DNA of 60,466 nt, filler included. It is 7 parts of 7 records of this genome, joined end to end, with 100 filler letters (N's around TTAATTAATTAA, not from the genome) between each part and the next. Parts side by side here need not be neighbours in the genome. Positions count along the whole stretch, not along the records: positions 29,098 to 34,118 come from SRR31147125_123002; positions 34,219 to 42,006 come from SRR31147125_123035; positions 42,107 to 47,785 come from SRR31147125_123147; 4 more parts are not named here. One strand, given 5' to 3'. The notes under the pieces were generated by a model, which worked only from the letters and a program-made list of their open reading frames with translations, was not told the DNA's origin and searched no databases. Of the stretch, positions 33,906 to 44,302 are shown piece by piece. A program made the translations under genes and the position numbers. Each line of letters begins with the position of its first letter. Position 1 is the first letter of the stretch.

Positions 33906-34118
33906 CTACCAGGCTGTCCAGCCTCCATCCACAACAAGGTTTGATCCCGTCATGTATCGTGACGCATCGGAAGCCAGAAATATCATCGCTCCATTATACT
34001 CATCGGCATTAGCCATTCTACCAATAGGTATGCGGTTCGTATAGTTTGCCTGAAATTCCGCGTCCTGAGTATCCCGATGAACCCCGGACGGTGACAATAT
34101 GTTCACACGAATCCCTTT
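33906..34118 (-). CDS. SDR-family oxidoreductase, C-terminal fragment
   Basis: [37 protein letters not shown]. Confidence 0.92.
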   Translation of the reverse strand, partial: KGIRVNILSPSGVHRDTQDAEFQANYTNRIPIGRMANADEYNGAMIFLASDASRYMTGSNLVVDGGWTAW

Positions 34119-34218
34119 NNNNNNNNNNNNNNNNNNNNNNNNNNNNNNNNNNNNNNNNNNNNTTAATTAATTAANNNNNNNNNNNNNNNNNNNNNNNNNN
34201 NNNNNNNNNNNNNNNNNN
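34119..34218. other. Artificial contig spacer
   Basis: N44-TTAATTAATTAA-N44. Confidence 0.99.
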
Positions 34219-34422
34219 GGAGGCTTTGGATCATTTCCTTCTTTTCTCTGAGAAACAGGTCCGTATGTGGTATCGGAGTATATCGAATACGACAACGGAT
34301 ACCGTCCCCATCATGGAGCTATACGTATACCAGCTGGAAGAATGCCGACAGGTGATAGTAAAATTGCCAAACTCCCAATTCTATCTGGATTACATCATAA
34401 CTATTACCGGAGCTGTGCTTGA
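34219..34422 (+). pseudogene. Frameshifted remnant of an integrase-core (rve-type) transposase C-terminus
   Basis: EALDHFLLFSEKQVR, frameshift at ~34265, then VSEYIEYDNGYRPHHG..PILSGLHHNYYRSCA*; matches the E.LDH..EY..YYN..RPH.G..LGGLHH.Y consensus. Confidence 0.75.
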
Positions 34423-34478
34423 CAACAGCCCAGATGTGAAAAACCGACACCACGGGTGGGCGGTGCTCCGTAAACTCG

Positions 34479-35273
34479 CTACATGCCTTTCCAGAACCGA
34501 CGATTCATATCTTCCACTTCCCTCCAGGCGGGCATGCGGAAGAAGCGATGCTCCCCACGGCAGGCGAACATGAAGCCGTGGCGCACCATGCGATAAGGGA
34601 TTTCATCGAACGAAGAATCCAGCAGCAGTCCCTTGGAACCCTTGTTCCTGGACGTCATCAGTTCCAGGATGGCATCCCGCAGCTTTGAAGGGTGGAGCTT
34701 CGCCACCGGAGGCGGCATCAGAGGATTCCTTTCGAAGTCCTGGAGGAACTGCTCTGCATCAGATTCCAGCTGTGTGTAGAAAAGTGACGGGACACTTCTG
34801 GCATGTGTCCCGGCGGTGGCGTCGTCACCGAATTCGAGGTAGTTCATGGACGTGAGAACCAGCATGCGGAGGGGGCTGATCTGGGCGAAGATGCGAAGCA
34901 GTCCCGGTTCCCTGGTCTGAATGCCGTTGTCGCCGGGATCCAGGGTCAGCACTTCCCCTTCGGGGCTGGTCAGGTAGAGCCGGCGGATAGAATCCAGATC
35001 CAGGTGTTCCAGGACGCGGTAGACGGAGATGAATTTCGTCGCCTTCGGGCGTCCGTCCTCATGAGCTGTCACTCTTCCCAGGTACTCATCAAGAGGAAAG
35101 AACTCATTGCGAAAGTCGGGATCCAGTTCTGCGAAGATTATCTTCCCGGAATAGTGCCTGACCGATCCCGAAAGATAGTGTCGCGCGAAGGCCTGGGGGT
35201 TGAGTTGGGATCCTATCAGGGCCGGACTGGGATGGAAGATCGCGTAGAGACGTTTTGTGTATTCACCACTCAT
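34479..35273 (-). CDS. Conserved hypothetical protein (264 aa) downstream of hppA
   Basis: Likely true start MSGEYTKRLY at 35273 with RBS AAGGAGGAG; the track extension overlaps hppA. Motifs ALIGSQL.P..FARHY..GS and HEDGRPKATKFISVYRVLEH. Confidence 0.82.
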   Translation of the reverse strand: MSGEYTKRLYAIFHPSPALIGSQLNPQAFARHYLSGSVRHYSGKIIFAELDPDFRNEFFPLDEYLGRVTAHEDGRPKATKFISVYRVLEHLDLDSIRRLYLTSPEGEVLTLDPGDNGIQTREPGLLRIFAQISPLRMLVLTSMNYLEFGDDATAGTHARSVPSLFYTQLESDAEQFLQDFERNPLMPPPVAKLHPSKLRDAILELMTSRNKGSKGLLLDSSFDEIPYRMVRHGFMFACRGEHRFFRMPAWREVEDMNRRFWKGM

Positions 35274-35302
35274 AGTTTGCTCCTCCTTACAGGATAATCC
35301 TG

Positions 35303-37366
35303 TTACAATCCCCGAGCCATCAGCATCGGCGCCAGGACAATGGAAACCACTGACATCAGCTTGATCAGGATGTTCAGGGCCGGCCCGGCAGTGTCTTTGA
35401 ATGGATCGCCTACAGTATCGCCGATCACAGCCGATTTGTGTGCTTCGCTTCCCCGGCCTCCGGCCTCGCCGGCTTCGATCATCTTCTTCGCATTGTCCCA
35501 GGCGCCTCCTGTGTTCGCCAGAAACACCGCCAGCACAACACCACAGGCAGTAACACCTACCAGAAGTCCCACGAGCATATGGGCGCCGCCGAGAAAACCG
35601 ACGGCTACCGGAGCTGCCAGGGCGATAAGCCCGGGAAGCCGCATCTGATCCAGGGCGCTCTGCGTTGAGATACCGATGCATCGATCGTAGTCCGGAGATT
35701 CACTGCCATCCAGGATCTCGGGTGTTTCCCTGAACTGCCGGCGAACCTCTTCGATCATCTCGAAGGCAGCGGTTCCAATGGAATTCATCGCCAGGGCGCT
35801 GAAGACGAAAGGCAGCATCGCCCCGATCATCACGCCGATCAGTACCGGCGCGGAAGTCAGATCTATAGCTCCAAGTCCCAGAGTGGTCCGAAAGCTGTTG
35901 AGCAGTATGATTGCCGTCAGAGCGGCGGATCCAATGGCAAAGCCCTTCCCGACCGCCGCGGTGGTATTGCCCACGCTGTCGAGCTCATCGGTAATCACCC
36001 TCACCTCCGAGGGATAGTCGCACATCACTGCCAGACCACCGGCATTGTCGGCGATGGGCCCGTAAGCGTCCACCGCCAGCTGAATACCCAGAGTAACCAG
36101 CATTCCAACGGCGGCCACCGCCACGCCGTACAACCCGGCAAGGGCATTCCCGGCAAGAATCGCTGCGGAGATAAGCAGGATGGGAAGACAGGTTGACAGC
36201 ATGCCCATCCCGACTCCGGTGATTATCGTAGTAGCTGGTCCGGTACTCGCCGACTTGACGATGGATTTCACAGGCCCGGTCCCGGTTCCGGTGAACCATT
36301 CAGTGGCGAGTCCGATACCGGTTCCTGTGACCATCCCGGAAAGAATGGCGAAGTAGATCCGATTACCGGACATGCCTGCGGGGAGCCCGCCATGGCGGAA
36401 AAACAGATGCAGCAGCGGATACGCAGCAGCGGCGGCGAAGAGCGCTGAACCGAAGGTACCGAAGTTCAACGCCGCCTGGGGCGACCGTTTCCCTCCGGTT
36501 CTCACCAGCAGAGCCCCGATGATGGAGGCGACGGCACCGACGGCTCCCAGCAGAACCGGCAGGGCCATGAGTTTCAGCTTGCCTTCGAAAGAGGTATCTA
36601 CGGCGAATGCCAGAATCATGGCTCCCAGCAGCGAGCCGACGAAGGATTCGAAGAGGTCGGCGCCCATACCGGCGACATCCCCGACATTGTCCCCTACGTT
36701 GTCGGCGATGGTGGCCGGATTCCGCGGATCGTCCTCGGGTATCCCGGCCTCGACTTTGCCGACCAAGTCAGCTCCGACATCGGCGGCTTTGGTGAAGATC
36801 CCTCCTCCCAGCCGGGCGTACAAGGCAATGGACGAAGCGCCCAGGCTGAATCCGCTGAGTATTGGAAGGACAGTATCCCTGACAACCCCTTCATCGGCGC
36901 CGAAAATGCCGGTGGCCAACCAGAGAGTGACCGACATGCCGAGCATAACGAGTCCGACGATACTCATGCCAATCACGGAACCACCGGTAAAGGAAACGCT
37001 CAGGGCGTTGTCCATTCCCGACAACGCCGCATGGGTGGTCTTTCCGTTTGCCGTCGTGGCCACACGCATCCCGATAAAACCAGCCAGAGCGCTGGCCGCA
37101 GCCCCGATAAGGAAGGATATCGACTGCATTCGCAGGGCGCCTTCGTTGCCCAGGTACAGAAAGACGGCCACGACCAGCACGAAGGGAACCAGGGACTGGT
37201 ATTCTTTCTTCAGGAAAGTCATCGATCCGGAGCGTATGAATCCGACAATGGTGGCCAGCCGGGGATTATCCGCCGGCCGACGGCGTATCCACGCACTACG
37301 GACCAGTGCATAGAGCAGGGAAATAATCCCCGCGATGATTCCGACTGCTATGGTCAGATTGATCAC
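35303..37366 (-). CDS. hppA: Membrane-integral pyrophosphatase, K+-dependent, Na+-translocating signature
   Basis: [40 protein letters not shown] and [10 protein letters not shown] motifs; GTG start at 37366 after GGAGG. Confidence 0.96.
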   Translation of the reverse strand: MINLTIAVGIIAGIISLLYALVRSAWIRRRPADNPRLATIVGFIRSGSMTFLKKEYQSLVPFVLVVAVFLYLGNEGALRMQSISFLIGAAASALAGFIGMRVATTANGKTTHAALSGMDNALSVSFTGGSVIGMSIVGLVMLGMSVTLWLATGIFGADEGVVRDTVLPILSGFSLGASSIALYARLGGGIFTKAADVGADLVGKVEAGIPEDDPRNPATIADNVGDNVGDVAGMGADLFESFVGSLLGAMILAFAVDTSFEGKLKLMALPVLLGAVGAVASIIGALLVRTGGKRSPQAALNFGTFGSALFAAAAAYPLLHLFFRHGGLPAGMSGNRIYFAILSGMVTGTGIGLATEWFTGTGTGPVKSIVKSASTGPATTIITGVGMGMLSTCLPILLISAAILAGNALAGLYGVAVAAVGMLVTLGIQLAVDAYGPIADNAGGLAVMCDYPSEVRVITDELDSVGNTTAAVGKGFAIGSAALTAIILLNSFRTTLGLGAIDLTSAPVLIGVMIGAMLPFVFSALAMNSIGTAAFEMIEEVRRQFRETPEILDGSESPDYDRCIGISTQSALDQMRLPGLIALAAPVAVGFLGGAHMLVGLLVGVTACGVVLAVFLANTGGAWDNAKKMIEAGEAGGRGSEAHKSAVIGDTVGDPFKDTAGPALNILIKLMSVVSIVLAPMLMARGL

Positions 37367-37565
37367 TGTGTTCCTCCATTGCCAGCGGCCCACGCTTCCG
37401 AAGGGCCTCGCATCTTGTGGATGCCCCGGGTCCATAGGTGAATAGAGTCTCCAGCCGGGCAAAACTGCGTGTAGAAACACAAGAGAATCGTCCTGACATG
37501 TCTCAATCCGTGTACCCACAGGCTTCGAGGTACCAGAGAAGGCTTTAGTCTGTACCGAAGATCCA

Positions 37566-39524
37566 TCAGAGAATGTCCATTGCCGCCATGAATCCCTCGT
37601 AGACGGCTTCTTCAACGGTCCGGGCACGAACGCAATCACCAGTGGAGACGAACCAGGGAACAGTCCCGCGAAGCTCCTCCACAACGGTGCTCTTCGGCTT
37701 CAGACCAACAGCGTAGATGACGGTATCCGCCTTGATGAGCCGTTCCTTTCCCTCTGAATCGGCCACCCTGGCACCGTCATCGGACACTTCGATGCACCGG
37801 GTATTCACATCCCAGGTGGTGTATTTCTCCATCCTCGGAATCAAGGCGCGACGATGGCTGTCATTGCCCTCAATGATGATGTCATCGAGCATTTCCACGA
37901 TGTGGACTTTCTTGCCCTGTTCACCGAGCCAGTACCCAGTCTCACTTCCGATGAGTCCACCACCGATGACGACGATGTTGTCACCCAGGCTCTCGAAGTC
38001 CCTGTACACGTCCCATATCGGCCGGGCTTTCTCGATTCCCGGGATATTCGGGACAATCAGCTCCGAGCCGACAGCGCAGACGACGGCGTCGGGATTCTCG
38101 GCCCGGATGAGTTCAGCGGTTACTTCAGTTTCCAAACGAATCTCTGCACCTGAACGCCCGAGCCGGGTGATCAGGGAATCCTTATATCGCCTCAGGTCGT
38201 CCTTGTGCTCATCTACTTCGGTCATCCAGAGAATTCCGCCGAGGGAAGCTTCTTTCTCGGCCAGGACAACCTCATGGCCGCGCTCGGCCGCCGTGAGGGC
38301 CGCGTACATACCTGACACGCCGCCGCCGATCACCATCACCTTCTTCCGGGACCGGGGACCGGGCTGCATCCTGGTGCGCAGTTCCCGGGAAGCCCGGGGA
38401 TTCACACGGCAGGACCAGGGTTTGGGCACCGGACGCGCCTCCTTGCTGGAGGCAAGGGGATTGAAGCAGCTGCAGCGCAGGCACGGCGCGATTTCGTCGC
38501 TCCGACCGGTGAGGGCCTTGTTGACGAATTCGGGATCGGCGAACTGCTGGCGTCCGACCGCGACAAAGTCGCATTTTCCTTCGCCGATCACCTGGTCGAT
38601 GAGTTCCGGATCGTTATAACCTCCGACGGAAACGACCGGAACCGATACCTTCGCCTTGATGGCTGCGGCCAGATCCAGGTTGCATCCGTGGTCATCAAAC
38701 ATGGATGAGAATGCCTTGGATTCCACGTGATTGTGATACATCCCGGAAGTCACGTGAATCATATCCACCTTGTCGTTGATGATGGAACAGAACTCGGCGG
38801 TTTCCTCCAGCTTCATGCCGCCCTCCACTCTTTCGTCACCGGATACCCGGTATTCGATGACGAAATCCTCACCCACCTCCTTTCGGATGGTATCCAATAC
38901 CAGTCGGGCGAAGCGTGAACGTTTTTCCAGGGATCCGCCCCAACGATCGGTCCGTTTGTTGGATAACGGAGAGGTGAACTGGGACAGCAGCCAACCGTGA
39001 CCTCCGTGGAGCATCACCATATCGAAACCCAGGGCCTTGGCCTGACCGCAGGCGTTGGCGTAATTGTCCGCTGCCTGCTGTATCATCTCTTCGTCCATTT
39101 CGTCGATCTGAACGCCATCGGGACGAAGCATTGCCGAAGGTCCGATGGGATTCCGACCGCCCAGAGCATCCGGATGATTGACATTGCCGACATGATTGAG
39201 CTGGATGGAAGCCACTGCACCGTGGGCCCTGATTGCTTCGGCGAGGATGGAGATGGATTCCATATGGTGGGTAGTCAATCCGGGGGAAACCAGATCAAGG
39301 CCGTGTTCGTGCCGGGCGGCGTAGTCGAAATCGACAAAGGTCTCGGTGATGGTCACCTGAGCAAAACCACCGCGTGCGCGGGTTTCATACTCATCAATAC
39401 CCTCGGCGGTGGGAGCGCCGTCGAGGGCGATCCGGTTAGTGGTGACAGGCGCCGCCAGGACCCTGTTCTTGAATCGTAGATTCTTGATCTGATAAGGGCT
39501 GAACATATGGGAAAACTGGCTCAA
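37566..39524 (-). CDS. NADH:flavin oxidoreductase (Old Yellow Enzyme TIM barrel plus Fe-S and FAD/NAD domains, BaiCD/2,4-dienoyl-CoA reductase-like)
   Basis: [26 protein letters not shown], Cys cluster, GGGVSG and GGGLIG; TTG start at 39524 after GGAGG. Confidence 0.93.
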   Translation of the reverse strand: MSQFSHMFSPYQIKNLRFKNRVLAAPVTTNRIALDGAPTAEGIDEYETRARGGFAQVTITETFVDFDYAARHEHGLDLVSPGLTTHHMESISILAEAIRAHGAVASIQLNHVGNVNHPDALGGRNPIGPSAMLRPDGVQIDEMDEEMIQQAADNYANACGQAKALGFDMVMLHGGHGWLLSQFTSPLSNKRTDRWGGSLEKRSRFARLVLDTIRKEVGEDFVIEYRVSGDERVEGGMKLEETAEFCSIINDKVDMIHVTSGMYHNHVESKAFSSMFDDHGCNLDLAAAIKAKVSVPVVSVGGYNDPELIDQVIGEGKCDFVAVGRQQFADPEFVNKALTGRSDEIAPCLRCSCFNPLASSKEARPVPKPWSCRVNPRASRELRTRMQPGPRSRKKVMVIGGGVSGMYAALTAAERGHEVVLAEKEASLGGILWMTEVDEHKDDLRRYKDSLITRLGRSGAEIRLETEVTAELIRAENPDAVVCAVGSELIVPNIPGIEKARPIWDVYRDFESLGDNIVVIGGGLIGSETGYWLGEQGKKVHIVEMLDDIIIEGNDSHRRALIPRMEKYTTWDVNTRCIEVSDDGARVADSEGKERLIKADTVIYAVGLKPKSTVVEELRGTVPWFVSTGDCVRARTVEEAVYEGFMAAMDIL

Positions 39525-39772
39525 TTTCAGGTCCTCCGGGTATACAGCGGCAGGATGGTCATCCTGCCGGGAATTGTAAGTTTCCTGTATTACGATACTC
39601 GTGAAAACACCGACCATGGGGTGTCTTTTTTATATATCCGACAGTCTATTTTGCTCTTGCACCTTATTATTTGGATGACGCCGGAGCATACTGTCTTTGA
39701 ACCATGCCTGCAGGGGTCTGCAGGAGACAATGCGCTTTGTGACTAAAAGTAGTTATGGTAGGTATCGGTACC

Positions 39773-40663
39773 ATGGATATCCGGAGCATCGAATCCTTTC
39801 TCACCCTCTCTGAAACACTGAATTTCACCAAATCGGCCCAAAAGGTCTGCATCTCCCAGTCGGCCTTCAGCCGGCAGATAACGGCCCTCGAGAACGAGTT
39901 CGGATGCCCGCTGTTCAAAAGGAACAAGCGGAAGGTGGAACTGACCGAGTATGGCCGGGGCTTCCTTCCCTTCGCGAGACGGATCATCTCCGAATACAGG
40001 CATTGGGAAAGGGTTCGCGAGGATATCAGGGCCGAAGGGAACCGGGACGAACTCCGAATCGGATTCCTTTGCGATCTTCCCGCCGAGGTGATTCCAGGCG
40101 CTATCAAGAATTTCAGAACCGATCATGGTTTAGTAGATCTGATATTCTCCGACCTGGGTATGACGGGCATTATCATGGGTCTGCTGCAGGATGATTTCGA
40201 CTGTGCATTCACCCTCACCAACGACGCGGAGAAGCTCGACAGTTTCGAATCGATCCGCCTTAAGGATTACCCGATGTGCGTCGTTCTTCCCGAGTCCCAT
40301 CCTCTGGCCGCCAGGGAAAGCTTGTCCATGTCGGAAATGGCTTCTGAGGATTTTGTCGTCGTGGAAGATGAATCCTATAGCTCGGGAAATCGCTTCGTCC
40401 AGCGACTATGCAGCGATGCCGGATTCCGTCCACGGATATCCGCCCGGGCATCTTTCGTGCCCAGCATGCTCACACTGGTGAAAATCGGAACAGGTATCGC
40501 CATCATATCGGATGCCGCCCGGACCATCGCGCCGAACAATCTGGTGTTCGTCCCTCTCAGTGACGAAGAGGCAGTGACCCACCTGGTGCTGTTCTGGAAG
40601 AGAACCAACAGGGACGACCTGCTGAGAGAATTCATTGAAAGCATCAGAGAGCAGTTCCGGTAG
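39773..40663 (+). CDS. LysR-family regulator, divergent from the oxidoreductase
   Basis: LNFTKSA..ISQSAFSRQI..LE..G..LF.R HTH. Confidence 0.95.
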   Translation: MDIRSIESFLTLSETLNFTKSAQKVCISQSAFSRQITALENEFGCPLFKRNKRKVELTEYGRGFLPFARRIISEYRHWERVREDIRAEGNRDELRIGFLCDLPAEVIPGAIKNFRTDHGLVDLIFSDLGMTGIIMGLLQDDFDCAFTLTNDAEKLDSFESIRLKDYPMCVVLPESHPLAARESLSMSEMASEDFVVVEDESYSSGNRFVQRLCSDAGFRPRISARASFVPSMLTLVKIGTGIAIISDAARTIAPNNLVFVPLSDEEAVTHLVLFWKRTNRDDLLREFIESIREQFR

Positions 40664-40683
40664 CGATTAGTCGGCATACAATC

Positions 40684-40723
40684 CGGCGGCGGCCGGAACA
40701 CACACCGGTGGGGCCGCCTGCCG
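40684..40723. terminator. GC-rich hairpin between convergent genes
   Basis: CGGCGGCGGCC...GGCCGCCTGCCG imperfect stem; no U-tract. Confidence 0.4.
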
Positions 40724-40768
40724 TCTGATTCACACCCGGCAGACATGGCCGCTCACCGATTCGTTTCG

Positions 40769-42006
40769 CTACTTCACCTCAAGGACAATTGCACCGGCAT
40801 AGCTTCCGGGAGCAACAGCGGTTTCAACACCGTCTACGAACAGGGCCAGAGTCCTCCCGTCGACGGCTCTGATTTCGGATGCATCGTCGATGTTCAGACT
40901 GCTGAGAAAGCAGGTACCTTCCACCGTCCACACCGCACCGTCGATTACCGACACATCCACATCGTTGGCACCGTTGTAGAAGTGCCTGTTGGCCACATGA
41001 CCGAGGTAGTAGTACTCGTCGATGGTGAAGTATGTGTTCTGATCGCCATTCTCATCCACATGGATGACTGAAGTAGCGCTGATATCACCTTCCAGGGTGG
41101 CGCCGGAACCGAGAACCACCTTCAGCGCATCTCCGGCCTGGCCGCCGAAATACCCGGAACCGTTGTACAGGTGGCCGTCAAGATCCACATCGGTGGCCAT
41201 GAACCTGTAGGTGTTCCGCCCTTCGGTTGTGACATCCACGTCGTAGTTGATTCCGGGGTAGCCCTCCTTCTCGAAAAACTCAGTGTTGAAATTCGGTGGT
41301 CCCTGGGAGAAGTCGGCGCCGATAATGCTGTCATCGTTGTCGATGATCTGAAGCAGGACGCCGTCAGCGGCATTCAACCGGGCACCATCGCTGACGGTCA
41401 TGTCCACATTGCCGGCTTTCATCAGGAACACAGCGTTGTCGGTGTTCACCTCGGTGCCGTCGGTGATGATGAGGGTGCCGTTGTTATGGGCCATGAACCC
41501 GAAGGCATCGGAGTTAACGACGGTATTCCGCCCTTCACCGGTGATTCCGGAGAACACCGGCTCCTCGGCATTCTCTGTAACGTAGGCGTCGAAGGGATTT
41601 CCCATCCAGTCGTAGGCGGTTTCACCGGTGAGGATCCTCTTTAGCGGATAGACATCCAGGTTTCCGTCGAAGTTCGAAGAACCATAGTAGCCGAAACCCT
41701 CGGTGATGATGGATGCGTAGGTGCCCACATTGAAGGTGACGCCGTAGAAGTACTCCTTGGCATCGCCGATGATGTAGGAGCCGTAGCCGCTGCCGTAGTT
41801 GGTGCTGAAGGGATCGTCTTCCTGACCGTCGCCCTTGAGGGTGAGCGTGGAATCCACGACGGTGAGCACCATGTCCTTGCCGGAATCAGTGGACAGGACG
41901 CCCCACTGATTGGCCGAGGCATCGGTGCGTACGACAGTAGTGGAGGACAGCTCGCCCATAAGGTTGGTCGTACGGGCATTGCCGGTGATACCCAGAACCC
42001 AGGGGG
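40769..42006 (-). CDS. Acidic beta-strand-rich hypothetical protein (beta-helix-like), 5'-truncated
   Basis: Frame open to the contig end (PWVLGITGNARTTNLMG..WGVLSTD); GC3-biased codons. Confidence 0.8.
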
Positions 42007-42106
42007 NNNNNNNNNNNNNNNNNNNNNNNNNNNNNNNNNNNNNNNNNNNNTTAATTAATTAANNNNNNNNNNNNNNNNNNNNNNNNNNNNNNNNNNNNNN
42101 NNNNNN
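42007..42106. other. Artificial contig spacer
   Basis: N44-TTAATTAATTAA-N44. Confidence 0.99.
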
Positions 42107-44264
42107 AATGGTACCCACACGAGGCAATAGGCCCAGCGGCATACGACCCACTGGAGGCCACCCATATCCCTCATGCATCTAAGAATTCTGTAGAGGTGTG
42201 TGTCCGAGGGAGTGCGTCTGTCTCGTTTCACACGGTAGACAGATCGAGGAGAACGGACCAACTGACCACTGGGCCGTGAAGCTGGCGGATGGTGTGGATC
42301 CTGCTGAGTTTGTGAAGGAACACGGACTAGAAGATCTTGGGCCCATTGGCGAGCTCAAGGGGTATCGTCTTGTTGGGCTACCAAATCATGCACACGTGGG
42401 TCGCGATCTGCACACTGTAATGGAAGCACGAGAGGCACAACTCCGAGCGGACGCCATGGGAAAGAAGCAAATCGCATGGATGGAGCGACAAGTACGTGTT
42501 CTGTGTGGGGAAACGTCCATGCACATCCTCACTGGTTCTCCACAGGTTCGGCAACGGCGTGTGAAGCGTATCGATCCCTCAGATCCCCTCTTTAGTGATC
42601 AATGGCATTTGAAGAATACAGGGCAACGTGGAGGCACGGCAGGCATTGACGTCAACTGTGTAGGCGCCTGGGAGAAAGATCCGCCCATTACAGGCCGTGG
42701 TATACGCATTGCGGTTGTTGATGACGGTGTGGAGTATACACACCCGGATCTTGGTGTGTTGGGGCAAGGGGCGCACGGTTGAGAACAACACTCATCCCTT
42801 CCCCACAGCCACTGCCTACGACTCCGAGTACTCGTACGACATCAACTATAATGATGCTAACCCTGCACCGGGATACGGAGATGATCATGGCACTTGCTGT
42901 GCGGGAGCAGCCACTGCGCGATCGGACAACAACTGTGGCGTGGGATCGGCCTACGAGGCTCGTCTTTCGGCCATTCGCCTCATTTCGAGGGTAATGCGTG
43001 TCTGGGTCTTCGTTTTTTCTTTATTCACTTACACACGGATGGCACTGGATCAGGGTACGACCGACGCCGATGAGGCTTCGGGACTCTCCTTTAAGATTCA
43101 AGACAATCACATTTACACGAACTCCTGGGGACCAACGGATGACGGACGCCGCCTTGAAGCCCCTGGTCCCCTTACTCGGATGACCATGGAGGATGCGATC
43201 ACACGAGGCCGCGATGGCAAGGGGTTCGTCGTCTTCTTCTTCTCCGTCCCCTCCTCCTTCCTCCTCACGCCGCGGTCGGCTAGATCCATCTACCTGTGGG
43301 CCGGTGGCAACGGTCGCACCTCAAGGGATCGTGCAGACTATGACGGATATGCCAATTCGCGCCTCACCATTGCTGTGGCGGCAATAGGAAACGATGGAAA
43401 ACAATCCTACTACTCCGAACCTGGTTCGTGCATTCTCATGTCGTGTCCGAGTTCGGGCCACAGTGCGTGGTTGTTGTTGTTCTGGTGTGATCGTTGAATG
43501 TGGTTCCATTCAGCTGCGGGAATCACCACCACAGACCGTGTGGGACACACGGGGTACGACTCAGGCTCGTGCACCAATCGCTTTGGGGGTACATCGGCAG
43601 CCGCTCCTATTTGTGCGGGTGTTGCAGCTTTGGTGCTTCAGGCGAATCCGCAAGTCACATGGCGCGATCTCCAACATGTATTCATCATGACAGCTGTGCT
43701 AACCGATGCACACGTGCGTTTGTGTTGATGACACGCTGAAGGGTGATTCATTTTTCGTTCCAGAGTTCTGAGTGGTCTACCAACGGCGCTGGACTTCATG
43801 TGAGTCACATGTATGGATTCGGACTGGTGGACGCAACCGCTGCTGTCGAGATGGTCCAGTCCGCAACGTGGACTCCCCTTCCACCTGCTCTTGCTCCCCA
43901 CACAATTCACAAGCAGGATAATAAGGCCATTCCAGACAATTCGCTTGTTGGGGTGTCCTCAACGGCGATTGTCACTGATGTGTTCACGGTGGAACATGTG
44001 GAAATCGTTCTGCATGTAGAGCATCAAAGACGTGGGGATCTGGGCATTCAGCTTCGTTCTCCCTCTGGTACTCCCAGTGTGTTCATGCGACCTCACAACG
44101 ACTACAGCACGGGGATTGATGGATGGACGTTTGTGTCGGTTCGCTGCTGGGGGGAACGGTCCCAAGGCGAGTGGACCCTACAGATCACAGACGAGAGTCC
44201 ATCGAAAGCGGGAACGCTTGTATCGTGGGATCTCGTGGTGTATGGACACACGAATCAGGAGTGA
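42107..44264 (+). CDS. Eukaryotic kexin/furin-like proprotein convertase (S8B: prodomain, catalytic domain, P-domain), 5'-partial. Introns 42196-42242, 42492-42545, 42754-42808, 42991-43053, 43224-43283, 43463-43513, 43714-43763
   Basis: RVKR pro-cleavage site, VVDDG (Asp), HGTCCAG (His), SWGPTDDG, GGNG (oxyanion Asn), GTSAAAP (Ser), YGFGLVDA and RRGDL P-domain; seven 47-63 nt GT-AG introns restore the frame. Confidence 0.93.
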
Positions 44265-44302
44265 AAGAGAATCGCGTGTCAGTTCCTTTCTCCTGTGGCT
44301 CG

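Noticed and set aside
35274-35681. N-terminal extensions of track ORFs (34479-35681, 35303-37684, 53011-53967, 32084-32971)
   Set aside because: They overlap neighbouring genes or promoters, and better starts with an RBS lie downstream
37367-37565. Possible riboswitch in the hppA leader (short hairpins GCATC/GATGC and GGCCC/GGGCC)
   Set aside because: The stems are only 5 bp and I recognise no aptamer consensus; an Rfam covariance search would be needed
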